Assembly: GCA_033442325.1 (NCBI GenBank)
Contig: JAWQFM010000026.1
Coordinates: 675,138-739,137 of the forward strand
From: Salpingoeca rosetta
Lineage: Eukaryota; Protista; Choanoflagellata
Length of the DNA: 64,000 nt
Reading direction: 5' to 3'
The notes under the pieces were generated by a model that was not told the origin of the DNA, ran no database searches, and saw only the letters and a list, made by a program, of their open reading frames with translations. The translations under genes were made by a program, and so were the position numbers. Positions 1 through 13,822 of this stretch are shown here, piece by piece (the first letter of the stretch is position 1; each line of letters starts with the position of its first letter).

Positions 1-184
1 AGGCATACGTACCACGTGCATTCACATCGCACACATACACACGTCTGCACATGCCACTTCACCACATCCACCCACGATACTACACCACGCTGTGCACGAC
101 ACCATCCTCATAATGCTCATCCCTATCTTTGCTCTCTCTTTTCCCCCTCTTCCCATCGCCACCGTGTGGCATTTACACCATCAG

Positions 185-1151
185 GCCACGACCGTGGAGT
201 GCCATGGCGTGGAGTTTCAGGTGCGCGTGTTGGAGCACATTGAGAAGAAGGACAAGGCCAAGACCGACAAGCCGAAACACTTCAACCCGTTTCTGCCGCC
301 GGAACCTGAGCTGACCGTGTGCAAGGTGGAGCCACACCACCTGTGCCTGCTGAACAAGTTCAACGTGTTTGACAACCACCTCCTGCTTGTGACGCAAGAG
401 TACCAGCCGCAGATGCGCCGCCTCGACCACGCGGACATGACGGCCCTGTGTGCGCTGATGGAGCAGCGCCACTTCCTCGCCTTTTTCAACGGCGGGCCAA
501 AGGCCGGCGCGTCGCAGCACCACAAGCACATGCAGGTCATCCCGCTCCCGTTTCTGCCGGACGAGACGGAGCCCAGGGTGCCGATTGAGGCTGTGATGGC
601 GCCGGAGGACGGGCTGGTGCAGCAGAGTCTGCCCTTCATCCACCGCGTGCACTGGTTCGACAGCGGCGACGACGACGATGACAACGGCAACAGCAACGGC
701 AATGGCGGCAGTGGTGGGCATGGAACGAACAACGCAAGCAGCAACATGCAACAGCAGCAACAACAACAACAGCCGCAGCAGCAGCAGCAGGAGAACACGG
801 AGGAGGCGCGACGACCATCGCGACCACAGACGCAGCAGTGGCGGGACCCTGATGTTGTGCACAGCGCGTACCTGTCGCTGATGGAGCAGCTTGACCGCTT
901 TCACCACGCGGACGAGTACATGACCAAGCCATACAACTTCATCATGACGCGGCGCTGGATGATGGTGGTGCCGCGGTCTGAGGATGGCATGAACGGCGTG
1001 GAGTGCAACGGCATTGCCTTTACCGGCGGTATGCTTGTGCGCACGCCAGAGCACGTGCAGTGGCTCAAGGAGTACGGGATTTTCCGGCTGATGGCCAAGC
1101 TGTGCAACGAGCCCATTGTCAGCAGTGACGAAGATGAGGAGGAGGAGGATG

Positions 1152-1224
<73 letters not shown>

Positions 1225-1555
1225 CGGTGGCGATGGTGAGGTTCAGGGTGGAGTTGCGGGTGAGCACAGCAGCGGGACAAGCAGCGGTGGGGTCGGCAGT
1301 GATTGCGGGGCCGGTGTTGATGGCGCTGTTGATGACGGGATGGATGAGTTTGATGAGGATGCTGTTGAGGCGCGGGAAGTGGCGCGGGAGGAGGTGCAGG
1401 GCTCGCTGGACAAATACGACGCAGTGCAGGGACAGAGCAACACCAACGGCGCTGATGGGAGTGGTGATGTTGGTGTTGGTGGTGGGGATGATCTTACGGA
1501 TGCAACGCCAACCATGAGCATGAGCGTCAGCAACAGCAGCAACACAAGCAACTAA
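185..1555 (+). CDS. ATP adenylyltransferase / Ap4A phosphorylase (Apa1/Apa2-like); final exon, 5' part probably outside the window
   Basis: Motifs FNPFLPPEPEL, LLNKFNV..HLLLVT, FFNGG..AGASQHHKHMQ (HxHxQ) and YNFIMTRRWMMVVPRS..NGIAFTGGMLV. Acceptor catcag|gcc at 184/185 follows CA-rich intron-like sequence. Long acidic tail. Confidence 0.88.
1148..1223 (+). repeat. (GAT)n trinucleotide repeat encoding poly-Asp
   Basis: Seen directly, in frame within the Ap4A phosphorylase tail. Confidence 0.9.
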
Positions 1556-1823
1556 GTGGGCGTTGGGCGAGGGTTGGAGTGAGAGCAGCACGGACAGCCT
1601 GTCCGTGCAGTTCACACCGTGCGAGGTGATGTGTGTGATGTTTGTGATGCGTGTGAACAAGCCTTGCCTCACTCCCCTTGCTCGTGTTGTTCTGAGACGA
1701 ACGCCCAACAAGCAATAAAGGAAACACACAAAAAGGGAGGCGGAGAACAGAGACCGCGTTGGCTGGCGGTGTTGGGAGGCGAGCGTGTGTCGTCAGCAAA
1801 ACTTCACAAACAACAACAACAAA

Positions 1824-1859
<36 letters not shown>

Positions 1860-1894
1860 GACAAACACACACACACACATACGCACACAAAGCC

Positions 1895-3001
1895 ATGTCG
1901 CGCTCGTTCAAGGTTGACGACGTGTGGGCTGTGACGACCAACAAGCAGCACATGCTGGAGTCACGCTGCCACTTCCAGTGCGCCTCCAAGCAATCGAGTG
2001 GCAGCAACGATGAACACCAGCAACAACACCAGCAGCAACAGGCACCTGCAAGTTCAACGGCCTCCCTAGCGTCCGCTGACGTCCTCGATCACGGCTCCTC
2101 CGCACAGCGCCCAGAAGCACAAGCAACGGAAGCACAAGCAACGGAAGCACAAGCAGCGCAAACACAGCACAAGGTGTTTCGTGTTGGCGGGCCACAGCAA
2201 GGGAGCAAAGGAGAGCAAGGCCCCGTGGAGAAGCGAGGCAAGCGCATGGACCTCCTGACACAGCTGGTGCAGCAGCCGGAGGCGGGGCAGCTGTGCGACT
2301 TTTGCCAGTTTGAGCAGGCAGTGCCCTTCCCATTGCCGGAGGAGGTGTATTCGCGCAACCACGTGACGCTGTGGGCGGGGAAAGATCACAGCGTGCGCTT
2401 TGACGCGCTCGGTGCGCTGCAGGGCGTGCAGGATGTGCAGGGCGAGCACGAGCTGCCGCAGGTGTCCTACGCCAAGGAGTGGAAGCACGCGCGGCGCGGC
2501 CGCGCAGACAAGCTGACGCCGGTCAAGCCGTACGACTGGACATACAACACCAGGTTTGCAGGCTCGCTGCACGGCTCGTGGCTGGTGGAGCCGACGGAGG
2601 AAGGCATCGACTTCAACCTCCTCCGACAGCCGGAAAAGATCCTGTTCCAGGAGCACGTGTTCCTGCTTGCCGACGACTACAGCGACAACGGCATCATGCA
2701 CATGGATGTGCGCCTGCGCGCCATGCCCTCGTGCTTGTATCTCCTGCAGCGGCAGTTTATTCGGGTGGACCACGTCATGGTGCGCATCCACGACACGCGC
2801 GTGTTCAAGCGCACGGGCTGCAACCACCTCATTCGGGAGTGCTCCACACACGAGGTGGACATCCCACACCTGGACCGCACCGCCCCCGCGCTGCCGGATG
2901 GCCGGCCGCTGCACGTGCTCTGCACTCCGACCGACGTTGGCCGTGCCATGCAGCACTTTCGCCGCACCCGCTTCGAACGCTCCAAACTCACCCCTCAATG
3001 A
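1895..3001 (+). CDS. TIPRL: TIP41-like PP2A regulator, single exon
   Basis: ATG at 1895 (gccATG). Motifs PYDWTYNTRF, IDFNLLRQPEKILF, DDYSDNG, VRLRAMPSC and FIRVDHVMVRIHDTRVF are typical of the TIP41 family. Confidence 0.92.
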   Translation: MSRSFKVDDVWAVTTNKQHMLESRCHFQCASKQSSGSNDEHQQQHQQQQAPASSTASLASADVLDHGSSAQRPEAQATEAQATEAQAAQTQHKVFRVGGPQQGSKGEQGPVEKRGKRMDLLTQLVQQPEAGQLCDFCQFEQAVPFPLPEEVYSRNHVTLWAGKDHSVRFDALGALQGVQDVQGEHELPQVSYAKEWKHARRGRADKLTPVKPYDWTYNTRFAGSLHGSWLVEPTEEGIDFNLLRQPEKILFQEHVFLLADDYSDNGIMHMDVRLRAMPSCLYLLQRQFIRVDHVMVRIHDTRVFKRTGCNHLIRECSTHEVDIPHLDRTAPALPDGRPLHVLCTPTDVGRAMQHFRRTRFERSKLTPQ

Positions 3002-3464
3002 GCCAGCTTGATGTGTGTGTGTGTGTGTGTTGGGGGGGGGGGTTGTGGTTGTGGTTGTGGTTGTGTGTGTGTGCGTGTGCGCGCGCGTGCGAATGTGTGT
3101 GTATGTGTGTGTGTCTGTCTGTCTGTCTGAATCACTGACTACCACGCATGCACACGCACACATGCACACACACACATACTGCCCTGGTGCTTTGTGTTTG
3201 TGTGTACACTCCCTTTCTGGGTCTCCGTCTGGTCTATCAGTGCGTATTTGTATGCACACGTGTGTATCTGTGTAGCAACGTGTAGCGCCCCGTTTCTTTC
3301 CCATGTTGTGAACTACTAATCAAGCCTGTACCCTTGCTGATTCTCACCCTGCAATACACGCAAGGGGATGATTGGATGATTGGTGGCCGCTGCTGCATCC
3401 CGGCAGTTTTGACAGGGGACACACACAGATGCGGGAGACAGACAGATGGGAGACAGACACGTAC

Positions 3465-3495
<31 letters not shown>

Positions 3496-3545
3496 CAGAC
3501 AGACACACAGACACAGACACAGACAGACACACACACACAGACACA

Positions 3546-3586
<41 letters not shown>

Positions 3587-4281
3587 ACACACACGCCTCC
3601 CCAAACAAACCGTCCACGAAGATTGGTTGATGATGTTAGCCAATATTCCGCAACGCCACTGCGAGTGACGCGATTGCGGTCATCAAATCAAGCAACAGCC
3701 AAAACCACCAACCTGAACACAACCTGCCTGCTGCTCGCTCTCGTGCTTGCATGGCCCCACATGGGTTGGTTGTCACGCACGCGCGTTGTTCTTCTTCTTG
3801 TTCTTGTTGAGTCGGGTTGCAAGTCTGCCGCCAGCTCACTACTTATTAGCAAACTAGCTCGTCGCAAGCAAGTAGCTTGAGAGTTGTCAAGTGTTTGTGG
3901 AGTGGTGTGCTAGTCGACACACAGCCTAGCAAGCTAGCTTGGCCTCAGTTATTGTTTGTTCGTCTTGCACCATCATCAACGCCACCCTTCCTCCCTGCAA
4001 ACTGCCCAAGTATTTATCCCCCCCCCTTGTCTCCTCCATCCACCCGCCTACAACGCTTGCACCACAACCGCACCGAGCCTTTGTCGGTGGAGAACACCTG
4101 TCGTTCCTAGCGCATTTGTCTCGGTTGTTGCGCTTGTCCCTGCTTGTTTGCGCGCCTCGTGTCTTCTTTGTCCGGCCTGTCAACTCGCAAACACGAGCAG
4201 CTGCGTCAACCACGCAAACGCACGCAACCAGCAACCTTGTCGTGACGCTGTGGCGACACAGGTGATCGCGTGCGACCCGCC

Positions 4282-5454
4282 ATGGCACCACAATTCCGTG
4301 TGCGCATAGCGTGGCTGATAGCCTTCATTATCCTCAGTGATGGGCTGCAATGTCTCGCGTCCTGCGCCGATCCACAAGGTACGCTGTGCCGGTATGCACC
4401 GTTCCAGCTTGTAAATGCGCGCTTGTGCGTGCGTGCGTGCGTGTCTTTGGAGTGTTCGTGCGTCTGTTAGTCGGTTCGTTCGCTGTTCGTTGCTTCATGT
4501 ACTTGTTTGTTTGCTTGTCAGCGGCCCGAATGTGCAGCTGCGGGCTCTGTGATGCTGCACCTTGTAATCAAAGATGGCTTGGGCACCCTCGACAGCACAG
4601 CCAATCCTACTCACACGTGTGCATTACGTTCTGGCATGTTTTCCTTCAAGTGGAAGCGGTGCACAACAGTGACGGCATGTTCGTCCTCATGGATCCGTGC
4701 ATCGCCTACGCGCAGCCTTTGGACAGAACCGACTTTCGCGCAGCCTTGTACGTTGAAGCACCCGCAGTGGGGAGGGTGCGTGTGTGTGTGCGTAGGAGGG
4801 GAGTTGAGTCGTGGGGTAGAGGATGAGGAAGGGAAATGCCCATGCTTTCAGGGTTTTGTGACATGAACTCGCCAGGAAACGTTCCGTGCACACACACACA
4901 CACACACAGACACACACACAGACACACAGACACCACACACAGACACCACACACAAACTATTCGCTGGTGTTGATTCACCTTGCTCCGGCCTGCGCTGCTT
5001 CTGTTCCTGCTTACAGAGCACAGATAACCACGACGCCAACAGTAGCGCTGTACAAGCAGGATGTCAACGCCACCTTCTCCAGTGTGACTGCTCTCTATGA
5101 AAGCCCACAGCCCATCAACGAAACCATTCCAGGTGTGACGCACGCTGTGACTCAACATTGCAGCTCAGCACATACATATACATGCATACAGTCGACGTAC
5201 CGAATGTCGACACACACACACACACACTCACACTCGCACACTCGCGCTCACACTCGCACTCACATGCAATCACACACTCACACACACACACACACTCACT
5301 CACGCTTGTGCTGCGTGGTGGTTGTGCAGTGTGCACGCGTGCACACGTAAGCGGGTGTCTTGTGCGCGGGGTTGCATACGAGCTCATGCTCAGCAACTTG
5401 ACCGTCGTCGCAGCTTACACCGTCCCGGACGTCGCCTTCCCGCTCAACCTCTCC

Positions 5455-5530
<76 letters not shown>

Positions 5531-6951
5531 TGGGTGTGGGTGTGTGTGTTTGGATCAAACATACATTCGAGCGTACGCGTGTATGCGTATGTGCGCAGTG
5601 CTTTCCCCACACCTCATTTGTGTTGGCGGTGTTTTGTTTCTCGTGCCAGTGGTTGAGACTGCGGCAACGCACGCCACTTTCCACCTTCCCGTCAAACAGC
5701 TTCCGTCCCAATTCACAAAAGCACAGGTGTGTACGCCGTGTTTGCGTGCGCGCGCGCGTGCGTGTGTACGTGTGTGTACGTGTGTGTGTTCGTGCGTTTG
5801 CATGTGTTCCGCTTGTCTTGAAGATGCTCTGTGCGAATTGTGCGCCCGCGAGTGCTTCATGCCTGCGCGTTACCACTTGTGTACACCAGTGTCCTGCACA
5901 TGTCATCTCCCTCTCTCCCTCCCTCTCCTTGCACTGCTCAGCTGCTCATGACGTTTACCACCACCACCGTCACCACCACACATCACTGCCACCACCACCA
6001 CCACTACCGCCACCACCACCACCACCACTACCACCGTCACCACCACCACCGCCTCAACTGCGTGTGCTGCTGTACCAGATCCGCGTGTGTTCTGCCCAGC
6101 ACGGCTCTGTCGAGTCCGCCCCCGACTGCGAAGGCGACGTGGTAGGGCCGCGCATGTGTACGTGTGTGTGTGTACTTTCGTGTGTGGGTTGAAGATGGAG
6201 AAACATACACATACTCAAATACACACATACACACAGAGAGATGCACATGTATTCATTCACCTTGGTTGTGCTGCCATCATTTCAGGCAAGCGTGATGAAC
6301 AGTGGGGTTGGGTGCATTGACGTTGAGCACAACGTGACCACGTCGACCACCGTCACCATCGCCGGGCTCAGGCCGTGGACAACCTTCTGTGCGTATCGCA
6401 CTTGCTCTCATGCTGGGTTGGCAGAGGGGGAGGGTTGTTAGAGTGGGGAGAGGAGGAATGTTTGGTGATTGTTCACAAATTCTACGCGTCCTGTTGCATG
6501 TCGTTCGTGTCTGTGTTTGCTTGTGGGTATGTAAATGTGGATGTGTGTCACTGTGGTACCCAACCTTTCCACCCACTCCCCCTTAGTTTTCTCTCACTTC
6601 CACCACCCTTGGCTTTCTTGCGTTGTTGGGATTTATGGCAGGTGCGTCGGTGCTGTATGTGAGCGCCAACTACGACGTGCACCACTGCATGACGTTCACG
6701 ACAAAGCAGGCTGCGTTCACATTTCCGCCCAAGGAGGTTATCCGCCTGCAACGCGACACGCACCTCATCCTCCGCCTCAAGGCCCATCCGCAGGTGGGCT
6801 GCTGTCACGATGAGACGCTGTGTGTGTGTGTGTGTGTGTGTCATGTGAGTGGGGGGAGTGGGTGAGGTTGTAAGGGCAGCTGAGACACACGAGTGACGAC
6901 AATGAAAACAACCCCAGCAGCAACGCTGTCACAAACTCCTCCACATCCTCA

Positions 6952-7044
<93 letters not shown>

Positions 7045-9098
7045 CACACACACACACACACATATGCACACCCACACACACCACAGGACGTGCCGTGGCC
7101 GAGCTTGGTACAGACCTTCCGCGTGTCTGTTGTGTCGGAGTATGGCGATCAAATCCTTGACAACGAGCGCTTCAACGTGTACGAGAAGCTTGGCTCTGAC
7201 ACAACCGGTGTGGAGCAGTTTGCCATCGAGCCCACCAGCGCGGAGATTGTATTCACTGTGCGCACTGCGTCGCTGATGCCGTACACGTGCTACTCCATCA
7301 CGGTTGCGTTTGACTCTGGCGAGTACGGCACCAGCCCCCCTGCGCGCATCACGTGCCTGCGCACGCTGCCCGGGGCGCCGCTGCAACCGGACCCGCCCGT
7401 CATTGACATGCTGGACAGCAATGGCATGTTACACGTGTCGTGGACGCTGCCGTCTCGCACGCAGGCGCCCATTGACGCGTTTGAGCTGGTGGCGAACGTG
7501 GACGAGGAAGCAGAGGTGCTTGGCGCCATTGTGTCGCGCTCCAAGCCCGCAGACACCGCCGTGCTGGTGGCGGTATCGCGCGTGGACGTGCTGCACAGCA
7601 ACGCCACGTTCAACCTGCGGCTGCGCATTGTCAATTCGCAGGGCGTCAGTCCGCTCTCTGCACTCGCCCTCGACCCGAACCAAACGCACGCCATCCTCGC
7701 AGGTGCAGTGGTGGCCGTGGTAGCCGTGGTGGCCGTGGTGGCCGTGGTGCGAGGTGGGGGAATGTGGCGAGAGAACGGGTCGTGTCATGGGGCGTCCTTG
7801 CGATTGTTCCGTTGTCTGCACCGTTCTTGTTCATCCCGCACTGACAACACACACACACACACATAAACACTCGTGCACTTCACGTCATGCCCTTTATTCA
7901 GCCCCAACCTCGGCGCCCTCCAGTGCATCGTACACACCGGGCGCTGTCCTCGGCCCCGCTGCCGTTGTCCTTGTGTGCGCACTGCTGGGCATTGCGCTGC
8001 TTACGTTTACGCAGCGGCGGCGCGAGCGAGAGAACGTGCTTGAGCTGCCAGTCCCAGACGAGTGGGAGCGTCCGCGACAGGATGTCATGATTGGCGGCAC
8101 GATTGGCTACGACGGCTTTGGCGAGGAGTTTGACGGCACTCTCAAGCAGAAGGACGGGCCGAGCGTGGGGTTGGTTGATGCCCGTGTGCGTGTGTGCGCG
8201 TGTGCGCGTGTGTACGTATGTTTGCCGGTGGGTGGGTGGGTGTGGATGCGTGGTGATAATGCTTGTGTGCTTGTGTGGCGCGCCATGTGTCTGTTTTCAC
8301 GTCTCACCTCACTTCATTCGCCACCACTGCTACCACCACTGCCGCCACCAGCATCACGGTGCGCAAGTGCAGCCTGCACAAGCGCCTGCGGGAGAAGCGG
8401 GAGTTTCTGCTTGAGGCGGAGCTGCTCAAGTCGCTGGCGCGCGACCGGCACCCGAACATCATCAACCTCGTCGGCTGCTGTCTGCAGGACGAGCCTCTCC
8501 TCATCCTCGCAGAGCAGGCCTCCCTAGGGTAGGGACCAGGGGTTGCAAGGAAAGGGGAGGGGGATTGAGGGGTGTTGGTGTTATAATGGTGTTTGTGCTG
8601 TCTTGCGAGGTGGTGAGGCTGTATCATGGCTGTCTGCGACGTTGACAATGCTGGTGTCCTGACTCACTGACCGATCGAAAACGCACAGTGCTCGTTCAAA
8701 CCAATACCCCTCACCACCACCATCATTATCACCACCATCACCATCATCATCACCACCACCACCTTCGCCACATATTATCGCCGCCCGCAGGGATCTCCGC
8801 AAGTACCTGCATCAGTTTTCGCCGCTGCTGACCGAGAACACGCTGCCCTTGACGGACCGCCTGCGCATGATGCACAACATTGCCGACGGCATGGCCTACC
8901 TCCACTCGCACGGGATCATGCACAGGGACCTCGCTGCACGGTGCGCAACTCTCCACCGCCACATGCTCGCTCCTGCATCGTGACAGTCATTTGGGGGTCG
9001 ATGGATTGAAGGAAGAAACATGTTGACATGTTGACATGTTGACACGCTGACACGTGTTTGTGTCTTCTGTGTGTGTGTGTCTTCTGTGTGTGTGTGTC

Positions 9099-9141
<43 letters not shown>

Positions 9142-10831
9142 ATGTGTGTGTGTGCATGTGCGTGTATGTGGAGTCTCTCATCTTCGCCATGTTGCAATGT
9201 GTTTGCACCGGTCAGAAACTGCTATGTGACGACGACCGGAACCGTCAAGCTCGCAGCATTTGCCCGCCGCAAACACACCCCCATTGGTGCGCTCGCTGGC
9301 ATGTCGTGAATGTTCGCCATATTTGTTGCTCTTGGTTATCGTTGTTACTGTGATGTGGACGCAGTGGTCAGCTGCTGGTTCTATGATCGGTCTTGTGTGC
9401 AAAACACACAATCAGCAAGCAAATCGACCGCCCTGCGCCTCACTCTTGAATCTGTCCGTGCGTGTCGGTGTGCGTGCGTGTCAGGTGACGGTGACAGCAG
9501 CGATCTCGCCACCCTGCCTGTCCGCTGGCTCGGCCCAGAGGTGCGCACATGTGGATGGGTGTGTGTCACGTTGTGGTGTTTGTTTGTGCGCTGTGTTGGT
9601 GGGTGTGCGCATACACACATGCGTCCACGCGTCTGCAGCATGAGTTCACTCCATTCACTGCAACTGCTTGGTCCAACATTCCCAAACTTCTCAACTTCAG
9701 GCGTTTGTGCTTCCGTCGCACACGTTTGGAATGGATGTGTGGGCGTTTGGAGTGACGGCGTGGGAGATTGAAACCTACGGCCGCCTGCCGTACACCACAC
9801 TCACAAACGAACAGGTGCGCGCGCAATGCTTGTATGTGTATGTACATGTGTGTCTGAGTTTCTGTGTATGTGTGTTTGTGTTTGTGTGCGTGTGTGTGTA
9901 TGAACATGTGAGTGTGTATGAACATGTGAGTGTGTGTGTGTGTGTACGTCATTATCTGTTCATCTGTTTAGGAGTGCGCTCGCTGCTCGCCTCGTGGTCA
10001 CGGTGCTTTTGGCTCTGCCCATCATCCTCACTATCGGCCACGCCACTTTTGATAAACTCGACCATCCCCTGCCGTCCCCTTTCTGTCTGTCTGTCTCTCT
10101 CTCTCTCTGTCTCTCTCTCTCTGTCTCCCTCTCTCTCTCCCATCACTGCGCCACAGGTGTGCTCGTATGTCGTGCGCGGGCAGCGCCTTGACCGGCCAGC
10201 CGAATGCCCCTTCATCATCTACGAGGTACGGCCAGCGGCACGTTTGAAGGTCGCACACGTCTGTATGTGTCGTGTGTGTGCATATTTGTGCATGTGTGCG
10301 CAATTGCAGACATCTGCGTATGTGTGTGTGTGTGTGTGCTGTGTGCGTCCTTGCTGGTGGTGGAGTAGCGGTACATGTTACACCGCATCACCACCGCTCA
10401 TTCTGGCTCTTGCGCCTACTGCTGCTGCTGCTGCTGTTGCTGCTGTTGCTGTTGCTGCTGTGCAGATGATGCTGTGCTGCTGGTCAAGCATGCGGCCGTC
10501 CTTCCAGAGCATCTCATCCTTCCTTGAAACCGTCAGTATGGTACACAGTCTGTGTGCGTGTGGTTTAGCGAGGGTGACACAGCTCACGTCACGTTGTTAG
10601 TGACACACATTTACATGGTGGCACTCGCGCTCTCACGCACGCACGATGCTGTTGTGCACAGGTCTGCGCAATTACTCCGACGGCCGAGGAACAGCGCTTC
10701 ATTCCATTGTACGAGTGATTGCTCTTGGGATCGTGTGTGTTATGCGTGTGTATGTTGTGTGTGTATGTGTTTTGCATGTTCGGGGTTATGAAGCTGCTGT
10801 TGCTGTGCGTTTGAGTTGCCACGAGCAGCGC

Positions 10832-10871
<40 letters not shown>

Positions 10872-12869
10872 GCGCGCAATTACACACACACACACACACG
10901 CAATGGCACACACATTCACACAATTGCACGCACACACACACACACTCTCTCTCTCATTCAGGGACTTTGTGGACGACTACACGGCGAGCCTTGTTCTTGG
11001 TGCGGTCGCAATTGCAACCTGCAGCACTCGTGCACGTACTTACAAGTTTGGTTCTGTTCAATGCGACGTGATAGCATGCCGTTTCGTTCGTTGTCTGTCT
11101 CGACCGCTTTCCTCACTCCTTTGTCCCGTTCTCCTTCGTTACTCCTCAACAGATGCGTTGCAGAGTCAGACGGTCGAGGAGCCACACGCCAGCCCTCCAT
11201 CATCAGAGGTATTGCACATACACACACATACATATGACGGCATTAGATATAGGTGAACAAACTGTAGTGTTCATGCTTGCAGACGCCACGCCTCTGGTCC
11301 TCATCTACGGTGCACATACCTCCTCATCTGTATTATTGTGTTGTGGCCCTCCCAGACAACGATGCTCGAGCTTCCTCGACAGCGTGGTATATCAGGTACC
11401 GCAACACGCATAAGCACGCACTCGCGCGCACACACACACACACACATACACATACATACACACGGAAACGCACACACACACACACTGATACACATGCATA
11501 CACACGTGCATTCACACACAGACACGCACAGACACCCCCCCCCCCCACACACTAACATCCTTCTCACTTTCCACTCACACCCTCATACCCCCGCCTCTCC
11601 ACAACACGCGCACACGTGTACGTTTCATCTCCATGTGCAGTTGACACGGCGTCGCGGTCGCTGCTGAGCACGACGGGCGTGTCGCCCCAGCGCCTGGACA
11701 CCCCGCAGAGCGGCCACCGCGTCCCGTACTCAGACCTTGATCGCCCGCGCTCCCGTGAGCAGCACATGCCGGGCCCGGCCCTCGGTGCTGGCCCACGCGC
11801 CAACGCATCGTACCCGCTCATGCAACGGCAACAAGAGCAGCACCAACAGCACCAACAGCACCAGCAACAACAGCAGCACCAGCAGCACCAGCGGCCGCTG
11901 AATCCGACATCGAGCTTGAGCAGTCAGGCGAGCACAGACTCACTGCTGCACAAGCAGCGACGACGGTCGCGGGCAAAGACGCTGGTGAGCCAGGACGGCG
12001 TGACAATTGAGGTGCCGCAGCAGCCCAAGCAACGCCGGCGCAGTCGCAGCTTGCTGCCATCCAGCCCCGCCGTCATTCAGCAGCGCATGATGCTGCAGAG
12101 GCACCTGTTGCAGGGCCAGAGTCAGGGCCAGGGCCAGCCTGTTGGTGCAGCCGTGGTGCCTTCGCCACCGACAACGCCCGTGCACAGCAGGGGTGCACTC
12201 GCGACAGCAGCACCTGCGGCACCATCGCAACTACAGCACACGTCAGCAACAGCACCAATCGCACCAGCAACGGCAGCATCGACCCCACTTGACGAGCACG
12301 AGCATTTGTGTGCTGATGGGAATGCGGGCCAGCGTGCTGAGGGGCTGCCTGTGGGACCGGGAATGGTAGAGGTTGAGTTGGACGCTGTGCTGACTCGTGG
12401 CAGTCGCTCTGGCAACACCGCAGCAACAACACCATCACCATCGCCATCGCCGCGGCATGACGGGACTGGCTACGAGCAACGTGGCAGTGCCAACAGTGCT
12501 GGCGGTGGTGGTGATGCCGGTGATGCTCGTGGTGTCAGGAACCGCAACGGTGCCGTGGGTGATGGCTGTGATGTTGGTGGTGATGGTGGTGGTGGTGGTG
12601 ATGGTGGTGATGTTGGCTCCCTTGCTGATTCTGATGGTGAGCCACTCCTTCGACCACCGCAGCGGCAGCCGTCCCCAGCCACCAATCTCACTGGCAACAA
12701 CGCAACTTGCAGCAATGCTACTGGTACCAACGCTACTGGTAACAACGCTACTTGCAACGGCTCTCAACAGTCCCAGGCACAACAACAGCCGCAACAGCAA
12801 CAGCCACAACAGCAAAAGTCACAGCCACACAAGTCGCTTGACTTCACACCGGCCTCCTCTGTTCTCTGA
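4282..12869 (+). CDS. Multi-exon receptor tyrosine kinase-like protein: signal peptide, FN3 ectodomain, one TM helix, probable pseudokinase domain, long low-complexity tail
   Basis: Signal peptide [21 protein letters not shown]3 motifs [23 protein letters not shown] and [22 protein letters not shown] about 7943-8010. Spliced kinase exons give [39 protein letters not shown]|[29 protein letters not shown] and CW..RPSF. Last exon 11641-12869. Confidence 0.85.
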
Positions 12870-13822
12870 GTCATGATTGATGCTTTTTGTGCGTATATGT
12901 GCGTATATGTGTGTATGTATGTATGTGTGTGCTTCCTTGTGTCTGGTGCACTCTGTGTATGTGCGCAGCTGCTGCACTGCTGCTGTTGTATGCAGCCAGT
13001 GCATCCAAAGAAAGAACATCCACGATGCCCACCAGCCAACCACATCAAATCATCCAACCACGCCAACGTTGGTGTATATCGACAGTTGCATGAACTAATG
13101 CGCACTAGCCCTATGGTGTCCTTCTGCAATCGTATATTTTTCATATTAACAAAATATTTGGCTGTGTGTTTGTGTTTGTTTTGGCGCTACCAACCAACCA
13201 ACGAAACAAGCAAGCAAGCAAGGCAAGGCAAGCAAGCGCGACGAAACCAAAAAAACGGACCAACCCCCACATACGCACGCAAACGCTTGCAACACCCATC
13301 AACCACACACACAGCAACAGCAACAACAGCGACAGCAACGCACGAACCAACCACCGTCTGTCTCTCTCTGCCTGATCCACACAGCCACACGTCCATCGTC
13401 CATCCACCTGTGCGTGATCAGCTTCACAGCCTTCTTCTTTCAGACTTGCTCGCTGGCTGGCCAGCTGCCCTGCTGCCCTGCTGCTGTTTTTCTTCTCGTC
13501 TGTTTCCTCTGAGCAAGCACGGACACCAACACCCACCAACGCACACGCCGTCCACACCAAGACCCACGCAAACCACAGCCACCGTTCCGTACATACCACG
13601 GCAACAACAGCTTTTTGCTGTTGTTAAGTTTACTGCTTCCTTCTTGTGACACCAAGTCTTACGGGCAACGTAACGGCTCACCGGTTGAGAAAGGGAAGCA
13701 CACTTGGGCGCTGCGAGCATCCGCGTTCCTCCTCTTGCACTGCCAGCTCGTTTGTCGCCCCGTCTCGTGCCTCTGTTTCTGCAAACCGTTGCTGCGACAC
13801 CGTTGTCGCGTAGACGTCCACC

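Noticed and set aside
1619-1894. Upstream extension of the TIP41 ORF
   Set aside because: Non-ATG start running through CA repeats; the first ATG is at 1895
3015-3880. Many ORFs rich in HTHTHT or VCVCVC here and throughout the window
   Set aside because: Translations of (CA)n/(GT)n microsatellites in introns and intergenic DNA, with no domain content
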